From the human T2T-CHM13v2.0 reference genome, Homo sapiens: a stretch of DNA of 64,000 nt. The notes below the pieces were generated by a model. The model saw only the letters and a program-made list of their open reading frames with translations. It was not told the DNA's origin and did no database searches. The DNA lies in the NCBI GenBank assembly GCA_009914755.4, contig CP086569.2, positions 14,720,001 through 14,784,000 on the forward strand. Direction: 5' to 3'. Both the position numbers and the translations under genes were made by a program. Below are positions 12,896 to 27,793 of this stretch, piece after piece; positions within the stretch are counted from its first letter, which is position 1, and each line of letters opens with the position of its first letter.

Positions 12896-14796
12896 TCATG
12901 TAAGTTATATATAAATGTTGATTGATTTGACAAAAGTCTGGGTTTTCTAAGCATGTAGAGATATCAAGATCCTAAAACATGAAAACACAGGTAACTTGTG
13001 GTGGATTTGGCTATTAGCCCACGTTTTCTTCCCTGCATAATCAACATTGAGGCATCAGAAAGATGTTCATTTATTTTCCTTTTAAATGAACAGGAAATTA
13101 TTTTTCAGAAATTTACCATTGTATTCCTCAGTAATAACCAGAAGGGAAATCTGCACCTTTCTACAAATATTATTGTATCTGATTTTTACATGCTTTGACC
13201 TAGTTCTCTTGAAAAATATATTTGAACATGAAATATTTAAATGAAGCAACTTTTATTTATGGAAATACAAACCACTTTCCTTAGGGCATATTATATAAAC
13301 TTTAATAAATACATCATAAGAGGAAAAATGGAAGTATTTGTGAGAATCTAGTATTTCAATTTTCTTTCCTCTGGAATCAGTTTCTCTCATATGTAACAGG
13401 TACCTTTACATCACCTCACGAATTATAAACACTTAAATATTATGAGAAATACTTTTCCCTTCCTGTGACATACTGGGATATGGTATAAACATTTAGTGAA
13501 TGAATAAACTCTGATAGCTAACCCATTTCTCCTGTTTAACATAATTAACTCAGTCATTTATTCATTTGCTTTTTAAAAACATTATTGTGTTTGCTTATTA
13601 TATGCCAGAGATTTTTATGCAAGGTGCTACTCATATAGGCATAGACTCTGTACTTCATGGAGCAGAATTAGTATACTAAACATAGAAAGACTTAAAAAAA
13701 TAACGAAGGCAGCATTTGCTCAATTAGTACACGTTGTATCATGTGATTTCAGGAAAATAGGGTACTAGGCTAAGAAAGATAGAAGATAGGAATTATTGCA
13801 AAGTGCTCTGAGGATATGTAGGGTTTTCTACCTAAAGGGAAGAGCACGTGCAATGGCACTGAGGCAAAAAATTATTTGGCACCTTTAGAAAAGTTTAAGA
13901 AGCTGCTGTATCATGACAAGACACCTGGCAACAGGACCTTAGAGGATGAATTCTTTTATATTCTGTATAAAGTGCAGTGATGGAATCCAGAGAGGTTGTA
14001 AGCAGGGGAGTGATTTGACAAAAGATATTTTGGGGAACGATGAAGAAGGCTGAGAATGGAAAGCGGGAGTCTGGTTCCGAAACAAACACACCAATTTAGG
14101 CAGAAGAGGTGGGTAGCTCAGTCAGGTGAGGCTGCAGTGAAGGCAGAGTGAGGCAGTTGGATTTCGGGAGACGGGAGGCAAAATTGGCCAGGGTTGGATA
14201 CAAGAAATGAGGGAGATGGAAACATCCGTTCTGATGCCAGTTTCTTAGGAAAATGCAGAGAAAGACCAGTTACTTTGATGAAGCCAATTGGAGGAGAAGT
14301 TGGGCTTTTCCTGCAAGGATAAAGGGAAGCCCTGTTAAAATTCATTTGGGGCATGATAAGTTTAAGCCTGTGAGATTATCAAGGGGAGCTACTAAACAGA
14401 CAGGTGGACATCTGAAGTCTCTAGCTCAGAAACAATGAGATGTAAATTTGAGTTGTCCAGAATTGTATTTATGGCCATCTAGGAAAATTCTTGGGTAAGT
14501 TCGACATTTCGGCATGTTGCTGGGATTCTTCCAGGGTTTGACCCTAGGAGTATTTGTAGTTGCTCCTGTCAGTGGTAATTTAGCAAGCATGGTTGGAGAG
14601 ATGCAGACTGACATCTTCTGGGATGTTGGCCTCAGTGAGAATTCGACATGATGAATATTAGATGGTAGAGCAGTTGGAATCAGAGGCTGAAGAATGGGAC
14701 CAATACTGATTCCAATCCCCACTCTTGGCCTCATCCATCACCATCATCTCCCTGCCCTTTTCTTCTCCAAAATAACGACTAGCAAAATAAAACTCT

Positions 14797-15148
<352 letters not shown>

Positions 15149-16277
15149 TCAGAAACATAAGGAAATCATGATTTCTGTAAGTGTTCTAGTATATCTTAGG
15201 CGATATGCTGATAGATACTATAAACTCAGGGGAAGAAGGAAGTGATGATCCCAGATGCTGGTGATGGGGAACCACTCCTGATTTTTTTTTCTTTTTTTTT
15301 TTGACTCCACAAGATTTACAAACGGAACAAGGATACTTTGAGTGGAAGTAATCACATAGTTCCAACACTTTTTTGGGGGAGGGGGGAGGGGGTAGAATTT
15401 ATGAATAAAAAAAGTTAGTAAATGTTTTCTCTACTTTTCTTTCCTTGTTTATCTATTGGGCAAGCTACCTTCATGTCAGCTGTACTTGGATGAAAGATAC
15501 TTATTAGTATATGCAAACTGGTGTGTCTACCCTATGCAAATGATGGTAAGATAATTAAAGCAATTGGTTCTTGTGCATCTGTTTTTCAGAAGACTTCTAT
15601 ACAGAATTCTAAATTGTGCTTTCTTTCTCATCTACCATATCAACTCAACCCATCCACCTTCTTTGAATTACTGTTAATTTCAACAAAGTTTGTACTTGTG
15701 ATAAATTTTTAGAGGTATCATCCTTAAATATTACACAGGAGATTGCATATATTATAATGTACATATATAATACTACATATATTATTAATCATATTAATCA
15801 TGTATGTAAGTCTATTAAGCAAGTTGGGATTTAGAAAATAATAGGCTTTTGTTTTTCCAGTAGTTTTGGGTCTGCTATGGCAGCCCATTTCAGACCCCAT
15901 GAGGTCTACTGGATGCTGAATATCATCAGCCACGTGATGATTTGGAGTGGAAAATAAAGATTTCCCATGCCCTCCCTTCCTCCTCCCTGATACTTCCCCT
16001 ACTGTTATCTTGCATTAGTGTGATACATTTGTTACAACTGATGGATTAATATCGATACATTACTATTAACTATAATCCATAGTTTACGTTGGGGTTTACT
16101 CTTGCTGTTGTATATGCTGTGGTGTTTGACAAACACATAAAGTCATGCACCCACCTTTACAGTATTTCATACCATAATTTCCTAGTCCTAGAAATACCCT
16201 GCACTGTGCCAGGTCATCCTACTCCCATTCCACACCCCTGGTCTTCTCGTTGTCTTCCTAAGAGATGATTGTTTGCA

Positions 16278-16378
16278 CACCAACATGGCACATGTATATA
16301 TATGTAACAAACCTGCACGTTGTGCACATGTACCCTAGAACTTAAACAACAACAACAAAAAAACAAAAACAGAAAAAA
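16278..16378 (+). mobile_element. Short L1 3'-terminal fragment followed by an (AAC/A)-rich tail.
   Basis: 'atggcacatgtatatatatgtaacaaacctgcacgttgtgcacatgtaccctagaacttaaacaacaacaacaaaaaaac'. Confidence 0.8.
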
Positions 16379-16689
16379 ACGATTTTTTCCCTTTCTCTTT
16401 TGGCTATTTCCGCACAGCCGCAATGAAAGGACTTGCTGTGATGCTTTGAGGGAGGAAGGCACCACCAAGTGTCCCTTAACTTCCCGCACACAGAGCCAGA
16501 CATCTCCAGTTACTGAGAGACAGCTTTGCCTTCTCTGACCTCCTGGGCAAAAGGCTATCAGGTGGCAGAGAGCAGCTGAAGATAAGCAAGAAGGAAGATG
16601 AAAAGGAGAGCAACTCAGAACTCCTACTAGGGTCTGGAGACTTATCGTTTTGATACCGTGACTCCCCTTTCTCATCTCAAACCTTTCGG

Positions 16690-17460
16690 CTCAAAGTTGA
16701 CCAATCAAATGGTTGGTTTGTGGCTAGTAAGATGACAAGTTTTCCAATCAAAGGTTTTTCTTGATCGAAGGGGTCGTAGTCTCACGGGTCTCAAGGAATG
16801 AAGCGGTGGACTGCAGTGGCATGTGTTACAGCTCGATTAGAGAAACGCGGGGACCCAAAGAGTGTGCCAGGGCAAGATTTATTAAAGCAAAAGCTAAGGT
16901 AAAGTGAAAGCAAAAGCTAAGGTAAAGCGAAAGCAAAAGTAAAGCTTCCAAGCGGTGGAAGGGGACCCAAAGGGTTGCTGTCTCTGGCTTGGTTGTCTTA
17001 TGCTTATGTCCCCTTGTGACCCCTCCTCTTTCCCTTTTTCTGTCCTATATAATTAGCTTATTTTCTATCTGCTTATGGGTTGGAGGGCCTGATTGGTTAA
17101 AAACATCAGGCTGCAGCTACAGCTTAAACTCCCTATGTGATTGGTTGAAGTTTCAATCCCTTAGCTTGCAGCTATGACTCATTTTGGCGTACAGGAAAGT
17201 CTCCTTTGATTGGTTGAAGTTTCAATACCTTAGCTTGCAGCTGTGAGTTATTTTGGCTTAGGGGAAAGTCCCCTTAGGGAGTCCCTATTGACCCAGGAAG
17301 TCCAGACAACTTAGCCACTTAGTCCCTCACTAGGACAGTGGAAGGTTAAGGGCTCGGCTCCCACGGTTGATTTGCCTGTCTTCGGTTGGTGGTATTCTGG
17401 GAGCTGACACCCTGAACCTTTGTGGAGGTTTTCATTGTTATTGTTTTAACTTAGTAGGCC
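16690..17460 (-). mobile_element. Older, diverged LTR12-related LTR in antisense orientation. It includes two tandem ~62 bp 'tgattggttgaagtttcaat..' units at 17137-17265.
   Basis: 'tctcacgggtctcaaggaatgaagc...tgttacagctc...gacccaaagagtg...caagatttatt...aagcttccaagcggtggaaggggaccc' has the same block order as the LTR12 copy at 6150-6420. Confidence 0.5.
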
Positions 17461-17530
17461 TTAGTGTGCCTCAATTTGCAATTGCAAAAATGTGGCATCA
17501 ACCCATTATTGATAAAGGGATAAACTGTGG

Positions 17531-17569
17531 TAGATAGATAGATAGATAGATAGATAGACAGATAGATAG
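17531..17569 (+). repeat. Tetranucleotide STR (TAGA)7-CAGA-(TAGA)2.
   Basis: 'tagatagatagatagatagatagatagacagatagatag'. Confidence 0.95.
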
Positions 17570-17572
17570 GAA

Positions 17573-17800
17573 TACAACTCAGCCATAAAAAGGATGAATT
17601 AATGGCATTTGCAGCAACTTGGTTGAGATTAGAGACTATTATACTAGGTGAAATAACTCAGGAATAGAACACCAAACATTGTGCACTCACTCATAAGTAG
17701 GAGCTAAGCTATAGGATGCAAAGGCGTAAGAATGACACAGTGGAGTTTGGGGGTCCAGGGGAAGGGTGGGAAGGGGATGAAAGATAAAAGATTACAAATT
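17573..17800 (+). mobile_element. L1 3'-end fragment interrupted by the LTR12 insertion.
   Basis: 'aatacaactcagccataaaaaggatgaattaatggcatttgcagcaacttggttgagattagagactattatactaggtgaaataactcaggaatagaacaccaaacattgtgcactcactcataagtaggagctaag'. Confidence 0.8.
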
Positions 17801-17804
17801 GGGT

Positions 17805-19285
17805 GCAGTGTGTACTGCTTGGGTGATGGTGAGAGGTGACAACGTGCTAGGGCCCTTGCTTGCTCTCGGGTCTTCCTCAGCCTCGGTGTCCACTCTGGCT
17901 GTGCTTGAGCAGCCCTTCAGCCTGCTGCTGCACTGTGGGAGCCTCTCTCTGGGCTGGCTGAGGCTGGAGCCAGCTCCCTGCTTGCGGGGAGGTGTGGAGG
18001 GAGAGGTGTGGGTGGGAACTGGAGCTGTGCACAGCGCTTGGGGGCCAGCGTGAGTTCTGGGTGGGCATGGGCTCCGCAGGCCCCGAACTCGGAGCAGCCG
18101 GCTGCCACCCCCGGCACAGTAGTGAGGGGCTTAGCACCGGCGCCAGCAACTGGGGAAGGGGTGCTGGGTCCCGCAGCACTGCCGGCCCACCTGCGCCATG
18201 CTCGAATTCTTGCCAGACCTCAGCCACCTCCCCACGGGGCAGGACTTGGGACCTGCAGCCTGCCATGCCCGAGCCCCCCTGTAGTGGGCTCCCACGCAGC
18301 CCCAGCCTCCCTGACGGGCACCGCCCCCTGCTCCATGTTGCCCGGTCCCATCGACCACCCAAGGGCTGAGGAGTGCAGGCTGGCCATGTGGGACTGGCAG
18401 GTAAGCCTATGGCCCTGGTGCCAGATCCACTAGGTGAAGCCAGCTGGGCTCCTGAGTCGGGTGGGGACTTGGAGTTCTTTTATGTGTAGCTGGGTGATTG
18501 TATAATGAACCAATCAGCACTCTGTGTCTAGCTGGGAGTTTGTGGATGCAGCAATCAGCATTCTGTATCTAGCTAATCTGGTGGGAACTTGGAGGACTTT
18601 TATGTCTAGTTAGAGGATTGTAAATGCACCAATCAGCACTCTGTGTCTAGCTAAAGGTTTGTAAACGCACCAATCAGTGCTCTGTGTCTAGCTAATCTAG
18701 TGGGGACTTGGAGAATTTTTACATCTAGCTAGAGGATTGTAAATACACCAGTCAGCACTCTGTGTCTAGCTCAGGGATTGTAAATGCACCAATCAGCACC
18801 CTGTCAAAATGGACCAATTAGCCCTCTGTAAAATGAACCAATCAGCTCTCTGTAAAACGGACCAATCAGCGCTCTGTAAAATGGGCCAATCAGCAGGATG
18901 CGGGTGCAGGTGGGTCAGATAAGGGAATAAAAGCAGGCTGCCAAAGCCAGCATTCTGAAGGTGCTTAGGTCCACTTCTGCACTGTGTAGGCTTTGTTCTT
19001 TCACTCTTTGCAATAAATCTTGCTGCTGTTCCCTGTTTGAGCCCACACTGCCTTTATGAACTGTAACACTCACCGTGAAAGTTTGCAACTTCACTCTTGA
19101 AGCCGGTGAGACTACTAACCCACCAGAAGGAAGAAACTCTGAACACATCCGAACATGAGAAGGAACAAACTCCGGACCCACCATCTTTAAGAACTGTAAC
19201 ACTCACTGCAAGGGTCTGTGGCTTCATTCTTAAAGTTAGTGAGACCAAGAACCCACTAATTTCAGACACAATGCATGCACCCAAA
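17805..19285 (+). mobile_element. Solo LTR12-family (HERV9/ERV9) LTR in sense orientation. A GC-rich U3 is followed by about eight CCAAT-containing tandem repeats (18480-18900), a TATA-like 'aataaaagcaggc', the polyA signal 'gcaataaatcttgctg', and U5.
   Basis: '(gc)accaatcagcactctgtgtctagct' units are repeated; 'ggaccaatcagc' occurs four times in tandem at 18790-18900. The architecture is the known ERV9 LTR U3 enhancer-repeat / promoter layout. It is inserted into an L1 3' end (17573-17800). Confidence 0.8.
18480..18900 (+). promoter_or_regulatory. Array of CCAAT-box tandem repeats (the ERV9/LTR12 U3 enhancer) immediately upstream of the LTR TATA/AATAAA at ~18925 and the polyA signal at ~19010. 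It is in sense orientation relative to the anosmin-like exons downstream.
   Basis: About eight 'caccaatcagc' / 'ggaccaatcagc' motifs spaced ~40-70 bp apart, then 20 bp apart. ERV9 LTR U3 repeats are established NF-Y/CCAAT-dependent enhancer-promoters. Confidence 0.6.
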
Positions 19286-19669
19286 TCTCACAAATCACCA
19301 GTAAGGAACTTACTCATGTAACTAAATATCGCCTGTTCCCCAATAACCTATGGAAATAAAAATTTTTTTTAAAAAATGAGCTTATGTGTGCCTGACACTT
19401 GAAACTTATAAGCATATTGCAGTCACTCAGACCTCACTGCACTTCTACAAAGTAGTCTTCTTTCCTTATTAAAATCAAACAGGCAATAACATTCCAAAAA
19501 GTCTGCTGTTAATGGGCTATAGTCATTCTTCCCTGCAAATTCAGATGCTGAAGCCTTAACTCCCAGTTGCTCAGAATGTGACTGTATTTGGAGTAATGGT
19601 CTTTAAAGTCGTAAAGTAAAATGAAGTGAATAAAGTGGGCCCTGATCCAATAGGACTGGTGTCTTTATA

Positions 19670-20100
19670 AGATGAGGATACAGACATGCACAGATGGACA
19701 CAGGGAGAACACAGGGAGGACACAGGGAGAAGACAGAGTGTACAAGTCCAGGAGAGGGGCCTCAGGAGAAGCCAGTCCTGCCCACATCTTGATTTTTGAC
19801 TTTCAGGCTCCAGGACTATGGGAGATTCAATGTCTGTTGTTTATAAGGCACTGCGTCTATGTATTCTGTGATAGCAGCCCAAAATGGACTAAAACACTAC
19901 ATAAGAAGAGGAAATGAGGACACAGACACACACAGAGGGACTGCCTGGTGAGGACACAGGGAGAAGATGGTGTCTACAACCCAAGAGAGAGGCGTCAGGA
20001 GGAACCACCCTGCCCACACCTGGATCTTGAACTTCCAGCCTCCAGGACTGTGGGAAAATAAATGTCTGTTGTTTAGGCGGCCCAATCTATGGGATTTTGT
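19670..20100 (+). repeat. Two adjacent, diverged copies (~215 bp each, 19670-19890 and 19895-20100) of a common interspersed-repeat unit ('...acacagggagaagat..gtctacaa.ccaagagagaggc.tcagga..aaccacctgcccacac.ttgat.tt.gacttccagcctccaggactgtgggaaaataaatgtctgttgttta...').
   Basis: Direct sequence comparison of the two halves. The family name is not recalled with confidence. Confidence 0.5.
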
Positions 20101-21171
20101 TGTGGCATTTCTAGAAAACTAACCCATCCATCTATATCCTCATAATTTCTCACCTGGCTGCTCTGTATACCCCTGTAACCTGCAGTGTATTACTTCAAAA
20201 TGTCTTCTAGTTTGCACTGCTGTGGTTCTCTTGTCCTCCTGTTTGCTGTTCTGCTTCTAGACCTGCCCTGGCCTGTAGCCCTCTCTGGGCCATTGAAGTT
20301 TTATTTATTGTGATAAATATATATCAAAGACAGGCTACTTACAGGATACTGTATACATTCTTTAGGGCATGTTTGCATATGAAGCATGAAGCAGTCTTTG
20401 TGTTCTAAAGATTATAGCATAGTTTTGGGTTAAAGTCTATATACATCTCTCTTAAAAAAATTTTTATTAAATTATAGACCGGGTCTCACTGTGTTGCCCA
20501 GGCTGGTCTTGAACCGCTGGCCTCAAGCAATCCTCCCACCTTGGCCTTTTCAAGGACTGGGATGGCAGGCATGAGCCACCATCCCTGGCCACATTTCTTG
20601 GTCATAAGAACTATCTGTAGGAGAGAAGGAAGTAGAGAATGGAGCCAGGATGAAATGAACGAGGTGGGTTTTAGTCCCAGTCTGGCAAGTTGGATGACCT
20701 TGGGCATGTCATTAAAGTTCATGGTGCAAGTAAAGGTTAGTATTAATAACTCATCAAGTAGAAGTATGTGCAAGGGCCATTCAGACTTCAGTCTGATGCC
20801 TAGTCAGGAGAAGGCAGAGGAATGGGGAAGGCACCAACAAACCTAAGCCATTATCCCAAAGACGATGTCCAGGTGTGTCCACTTGAGACCTTTTTTTGTG
20901 TGTGGAACAAGACAATGTTACCCAGAGAGCTACCTCGGAAGTCATTTTCAGGGATGGATTTCATGCTGTGTGCAGGAATGCAGCCCCTTCCCCTCCATGC
21001 CGGCTCCCCTGTTTTCAGTGGGTATGAAGCTGATGTCTGCTCTTGTTCATATTTTCCGTGACATTCTAGTGCATTTCTGCCTACCTCTGCCACTCTTGAA
21101 AGCCTGGCCAAAGTGTGAAAGTGTCCCTCCTCCAGCCTGCCATCCACTTTGTTTTTGCGTTTAGAGACAGA

Positions 21172-21506
21172 AACGCTGGGTGCAGTGGCTCACACCTATA
21201 ATCTCAGCGCCTTGGGAGGCTGAGGCAAGTGGATTGCTTGAGGACAGGAGTTTGAAACCAGCCTGGCCAACATGGCGAAACCCTGTCTCTACTGAAAATA
21301 TAAAAATTGGCCAGTTGTGGTGGCACTCACTTGTAGTCCCAACAATTTGGGGGGCTGACAGCATGCCCAGCTAATGTTTTTGATTTCTAGTAGGGACAAA
21401 GTCTTGCTATATTGACAAGGCTGGTCCTGAACTCCTGGCTCAAGTGATTCATTTGCCTCAGCCTCCCAAAGTGGTAGAATTACAGGTGTGAGCCACTGTA
21501 CCTGGC
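21172..21506. mobile_element. Composite: an Alu (+) left arm at 21172-21355 directly abutting an inverted Alu right-arm fragment (-) at 21362-21506.
   Basis: 'gctgggtgcagtggctcacacctataatctcagcgccttgggaggctgaggc' then 'ggacaaagtcttgctatattgacaaggctggtcctgaactcctggctcaagtgat...cctcccaaagtggtagaattacaggtgtgagccactgtacctggcc'. Confidence 0.7.
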
Positions 21507-24500
21507 CAGTAGTGCTTTATTTTACATACTTTCATAGATGTGTTGTGATCAGACTACATTAGATAAATAGTTCTAAAAGTGGTCCATAATCTGTGAAGGT
21601 TCTAGGTTAAGTAAAAACATACTTAGTATCTACCTGCCAAATGATTATATATTATGTGATTAGTTCTCTCAATCTACAAGTTTTTCTTTCAAATTTAAAC
21701 TGTTTTTTCATTGGAATCAAAGAAGTAGCCTCAGAAGTAATGATTTTAGTTCATCATCCTAAAACTTAAAAGCCTAAAACCTTTGCTAAAAATATGAACT
21801 TTGGTTACTATTTTGGGTAGTTGTAGGCAGTACATGATCATAGCACCTATATGTGTGATATGTAAAAAATTCTAAAGTAATTGTCGACTGGTAGTATTAT
21901 TTCTCTAAAATTCACTCCTCTTATGGAAGAGAGATGTGGGGTTGTCACAAGGTGAACTCCAAAATTGAAGTTCAACCTGAGAGGCGACATGGGTTCTTGG
22001 CTTCATGCAGGAAGGAATTCTAGAGCAAGGCTACAGAGTAAAGTGAAAGCAAGTTTATTAAGAAAGTAAAGGAATAAAAGGGTGGCTGTGCCATAGGCAG
22101 AGCAATGGCATGGGCTGCTTGATTGAGTAAACTTATCGTTATTTCTAGATCATATGCTAAATAAGAGGTGGATATTTATGAGTTTTCTGGGTAAGGTGTG
22201 GGGAGTTCTGGAACTGAGAGTTCCTTCCCATTTTAGACCATATAGGGTAGTTTCTAGACCTTGTCACAGAATTTGTAAACTGTCATGGTGTTGGTGGGAG
22301 TGTCTTTTAGCATGCAAATACATTATAATTAGTGCATAATGAGCATGCAGACAACCAGTGGTTCCTTTCACTGCCATCTTGGTTTTGGTGGGTTTTGACT
22401 GGCTTCTTTACTGCATCCTGTTTCATCAGTGGGGTCTTTGTGACCTGTATCTTGTGAAACCAGTCCTGCCAACCTCCTGTCTCATCCTGTGACTAAGAAT
22501 GCCTAACCTCCTGGCAATGCAGCACAGCAAGTCTTGGCCACATTTTACCCAGCCCCTGTTAAAGATAGAGTCCTTTGGGTTCTAACATCTCTGGCAGGGC
22601 TTCTGTCTTTTATGTATCTTTTTAATTGTTTGGAGAAATAGGAAGTTTTTTCTTCCATGCGAAGTGTGAGAGAAAGTGTGTCGTTGTTTTCTCCTGCATC
22701 ACTTTAGATTTTCTTGAAATCTTTTTTTTTTTTTTTTTTTAATGGTCGGAGTATTAGAAAGAAGTAGACTTTTGGCAAACTTAGCCTGCAAACATTTACT
22801 CAGATGATTGCATATAGGTTGTGTTGTCAGAGAGATTTCATGGAGGATTATTAAAAGAAAATGTTGGCTTTCATTAATAACATTTTCAGAAATGTCTTTA
22901 GATACTGCTGATTACTAGCTATTGGAAGTGAAGCAGGCATGCAATTAAATTAGAGCTTTAAATGAATTACATATACCGATGCTACACTTGGCAGCCAGAG
23001 ATTCTAGATTAAGAGCAAAACAAGTGTGTTATGCATTGCTTTGATTAGCATTCGAGAAATATACCTATTTTTGTAAGTGATATTTGTTTTGTGTATGGTA
23101 TTTGACTGTTCCACAAGCTGTCAGGACCTTGGCTATGTAGGATCATGGAGTTTTCAAAGGCCTGAGACTTTTTCTGCACTGATGTCTACAGTTGTGAAAA
23201 TGCACCTGTGTACTCATGTAGCAGCATATTTTTATAATGTATATTTTTAGCAGTGAGAGAAAACAAAAATCACACGCCTATTTTCAGACATTGTTAGCCA
23301 CACAGCATTTAACAGTTTCTTTATGGAATAAATGTTTGTTCCTTGAGTGAAATGATAAAGACTTACTTTGCCAGTGGCAGGAGTGCCATGTGTTCACTTC
23401 AGATGGTCTTGAGGAAGATTTAGGTCTAAGCATACTTATTAAATAACCACTAAATATTTTTGCCTTGAAGCAAAGTCAATATGCCATAAGTAACAAAATT
23501 AACTCTTTAAGGAACTCGCAAGTTATGTAAGTTGGATAAGTTTTTAAACAATGTTTCACTGCTACTAGAAAATTGGCTTTCTTTTGGTGTTGCTGTACTG
23601 GTAAAGAACTTGTTTTTGAACATGCTTTGGAGAGGTAAGCACTGTAAATTGGGACAGGCTCACATATGTCTTGGAAAAAAATTATTAAAGAGCTCAAAAT
23701 TTTTAAAATTAAAATAATTAAAAATGGATTGTTCATATGCAACATTATTGACTATAGAATCTAAAATATTGTCATAAGAAATATATGTTATTAATGAAAC
23801 TTATGTAAAACAAGAAGACACATTACTCCAAAGAAAATGGTCTGGGGATTGTTCATGGGCAGAGATTCAGCTACTTGCAAGGTAAGTCTTTGTCATTCCA
23901 CTCGAGAAACATCCAACAAACATTTATTCCATAAAGAAAATGTTAATTGTGTTTCAAACTTGATGGCAGTTCTTTTCAAAGGTTAGTAAGCATCAGAATT
24001 TTCAGTAGAACTTGTTAAGAGAGATTTCTGAACTCTGATCCCAGAGACTCTCATCGTAGGTTGAGAAGAAGGCCCACGAATTTTCATTTGAAATAAACTC
24101 CAAGAGGTGCCCATAATACCAGTCACTGATCATACTTTGAGCAGTATTGTTATACAGAATTGACAGTTGGCACGGGGCAGTTAGTTTCATACATATCTTT
24201 GATTTAAAAAATTGGCAATGGATATCAAAAATAAGTTTTTTCATAGAGTCTTCCAGTGTGTATTCTAACTATAACTGTATTTTAAAATAAGGAGGTGCTT
24301 ACTAAAATATGGTGAAAAAGTAGTATTGGTACACTGTATATCCTGAATTCTACATTATATATGTCTGAAATTTAACTGGGAATTTCTACTGTAATTGGAA
24401 AATTTATCAACAATGAATATAAATAATGAAATTCATTATTATAAGAATGAACATATATTATAATGAAAATAATCATGAATGTATGAGAGCTAGGGCCTTG

Positions 24501-25206
24501 CCTATATTGGATGCTGACATTTGACTATACATGACCATTCATGTTTACAATTACAATTTGCATTAAATATAATTTTGACAATCAAATCTCCATGCAAATG
24601 AATGTAACATTTTTTTTTTCAACCATGAGGTATAGCTACTATCAATCGGGCACACACAGATATCCCATATGTACATACATGCTATATATACTTTATATAT
24701 TATGTGTGTATATATATTATATATACTATATATAGCTATATATTATTTGTGTATATAGTTCATTTATTCAACAATCTTAGTATTTATTATTACAGTCATT
24801 CTTCAAAAATGGAGTCTGGCTAGTATCATTGATTAATTAGAATGTATATAGTATTAAGTTATATGCATGTATGTTTAAGTAAACTTCATTTTCTGTTATG
24901 AAACTCTCATGTCAGAATCTAACAGATTTAGTCAATGTATTTTAATGGAGTGATTAAACTGGATGTATCCTAGTGCTGTTGGATTCACTGAGATAAGGAA
25001 CCAACTTAACAATACAAATGTGTACATACATATAGACATACATTTAATACAATGCATTTTCACTTTATCATTTGTAGAAGAGTGTACAAAAAAATAGCCC
25101 AATGCTGCCAATTTAAAAGAAATGTTATATTAAGTATTATGAGAAAAAATTTCCTTTGAAACAACAACCTTTAGAAGGTATTTCTTACTAAATAGAAAAT
25201 ATTTCT

Positions 25207-25502
<296 letters not shown>

Positions 25503-26699
25503 GTAGGAGGAGAGGTTTCCTTCTTGCTGCTATATGGGCTTAAAGTTTATTTGTCTGCTTATTGAGACTTTTATATGTTATTTCAATTTTTTAGTAGACA
25601 TAGGGCTATTAACGTTTTCTATTTCTTTTTTAGTAGCATTTATAGCCTGAGGCTTTGTAGAAAGTGAACTGTTTGAAGCAAGTTATGACATTAATAAAAA
25701 TAAGTTAGTTCATATTGCCTAATTCACCTTTATTATTAGCATTTTGATGTTTATTAGGTCTGTAGTGATGAACATTTTTGCAATACTGACATCAATAAGT
25801 TATGTATTGTCTATTTTGTTCTTGATTCATCTGGATAGAATTTTGTCAATTTTAGTGCTCTTTTAAAAAATAACTTTTTCTTTTATTGCTTTTCTTTATT
25901 TTGGTCATTTTCTATGCTGTTGATTTTTGGTCTTTATTTATTTATTTTTTTTTACTTTTGCTTAATTTTGATGAGTTTGACCTTTATATACTATCTTATT
26001 GTAGGAACTTAGATAGTTGAGCTCTTATTTTCATTTCACATATAAGAACTTTATGCTATAAATTTTCCCCTATGCAAACCTACATTTTGTGTTATAGCAT
26101 GTTTTTGTTTTTACACAGGTAAAATTTCTAATTAGTTTTGTGATTCCATCTTTGAGTTTCACGTGAAAGTATGGTTTATTTTGTAAATATTTGAAGAATT
26201 TTAGAGATATCTTTCTATTGATTTCTGGTTATCTTTTATTAAGACAATACTTCAGATTTCTATCTTTTTGAATTTTTTCAGAATTGCTTTTTGGAACACA
26301 GTATATTTGGTCTTGAATGACTTCATACGTAATATAAACATGTTATAAATGTATACTTCCATTGTTTTTTACCTTCGTTTGTATTAGTGTCATAAATCAT
26401 TCTTCTACATTTGTTTCAAGCTCCACATCACATTTTTATCACTTGTGTTTTAAATTTGTCTTCTTTCAGAGATATAGAAACAAGAGAAGTCATCTTTTTA
26501 ATATAATCATGTATTTATTATTTCTCGAACTAACTATTCATTCTTTGTGTAGACCCCAGTGTTCATCTGTTATCATTTTCCTTTTGTTTTTAACATTTCT
26601 TGTAATTGGGGTAGCTGTTATGAATTCGCCTTCTGTATATCTGAGGTAGTCTTTAAGGCAGCTTCAGTTTTGTGTGTGTGTGTGTGTGTGTGTGTGTTT

Positions 26700-26935
<236 letters not shown>

Positions 26936-27244
26936 GGTTTTAAAGATATTTTGTGAGTATGAAATTTCAGGTTGATTTTTTTTTAAAAAAATAGTATTTT
27001 AAAGATATAGTTTCATTTTCTTCTGTCATGCATATTTTCTGAAAAATCTTTGACATTCTTATTCTTGTTTTACTGTTTATGAAGTGTCTTTTACTTTTCT
27101 ATCTGCTTTGAAGACTTTCTTTCTGTATCTGGCATATGAAGAATATGATTAAATATACTTTGATTGAATTATCTTTGTTTCTTCTGCTTAGGGGTAACTG
27201 AGATTTCTCTAACTATAGACATAACATTTTAAGCAAATTTTTAA

Positions 27245-27793
<549 letters not shown>

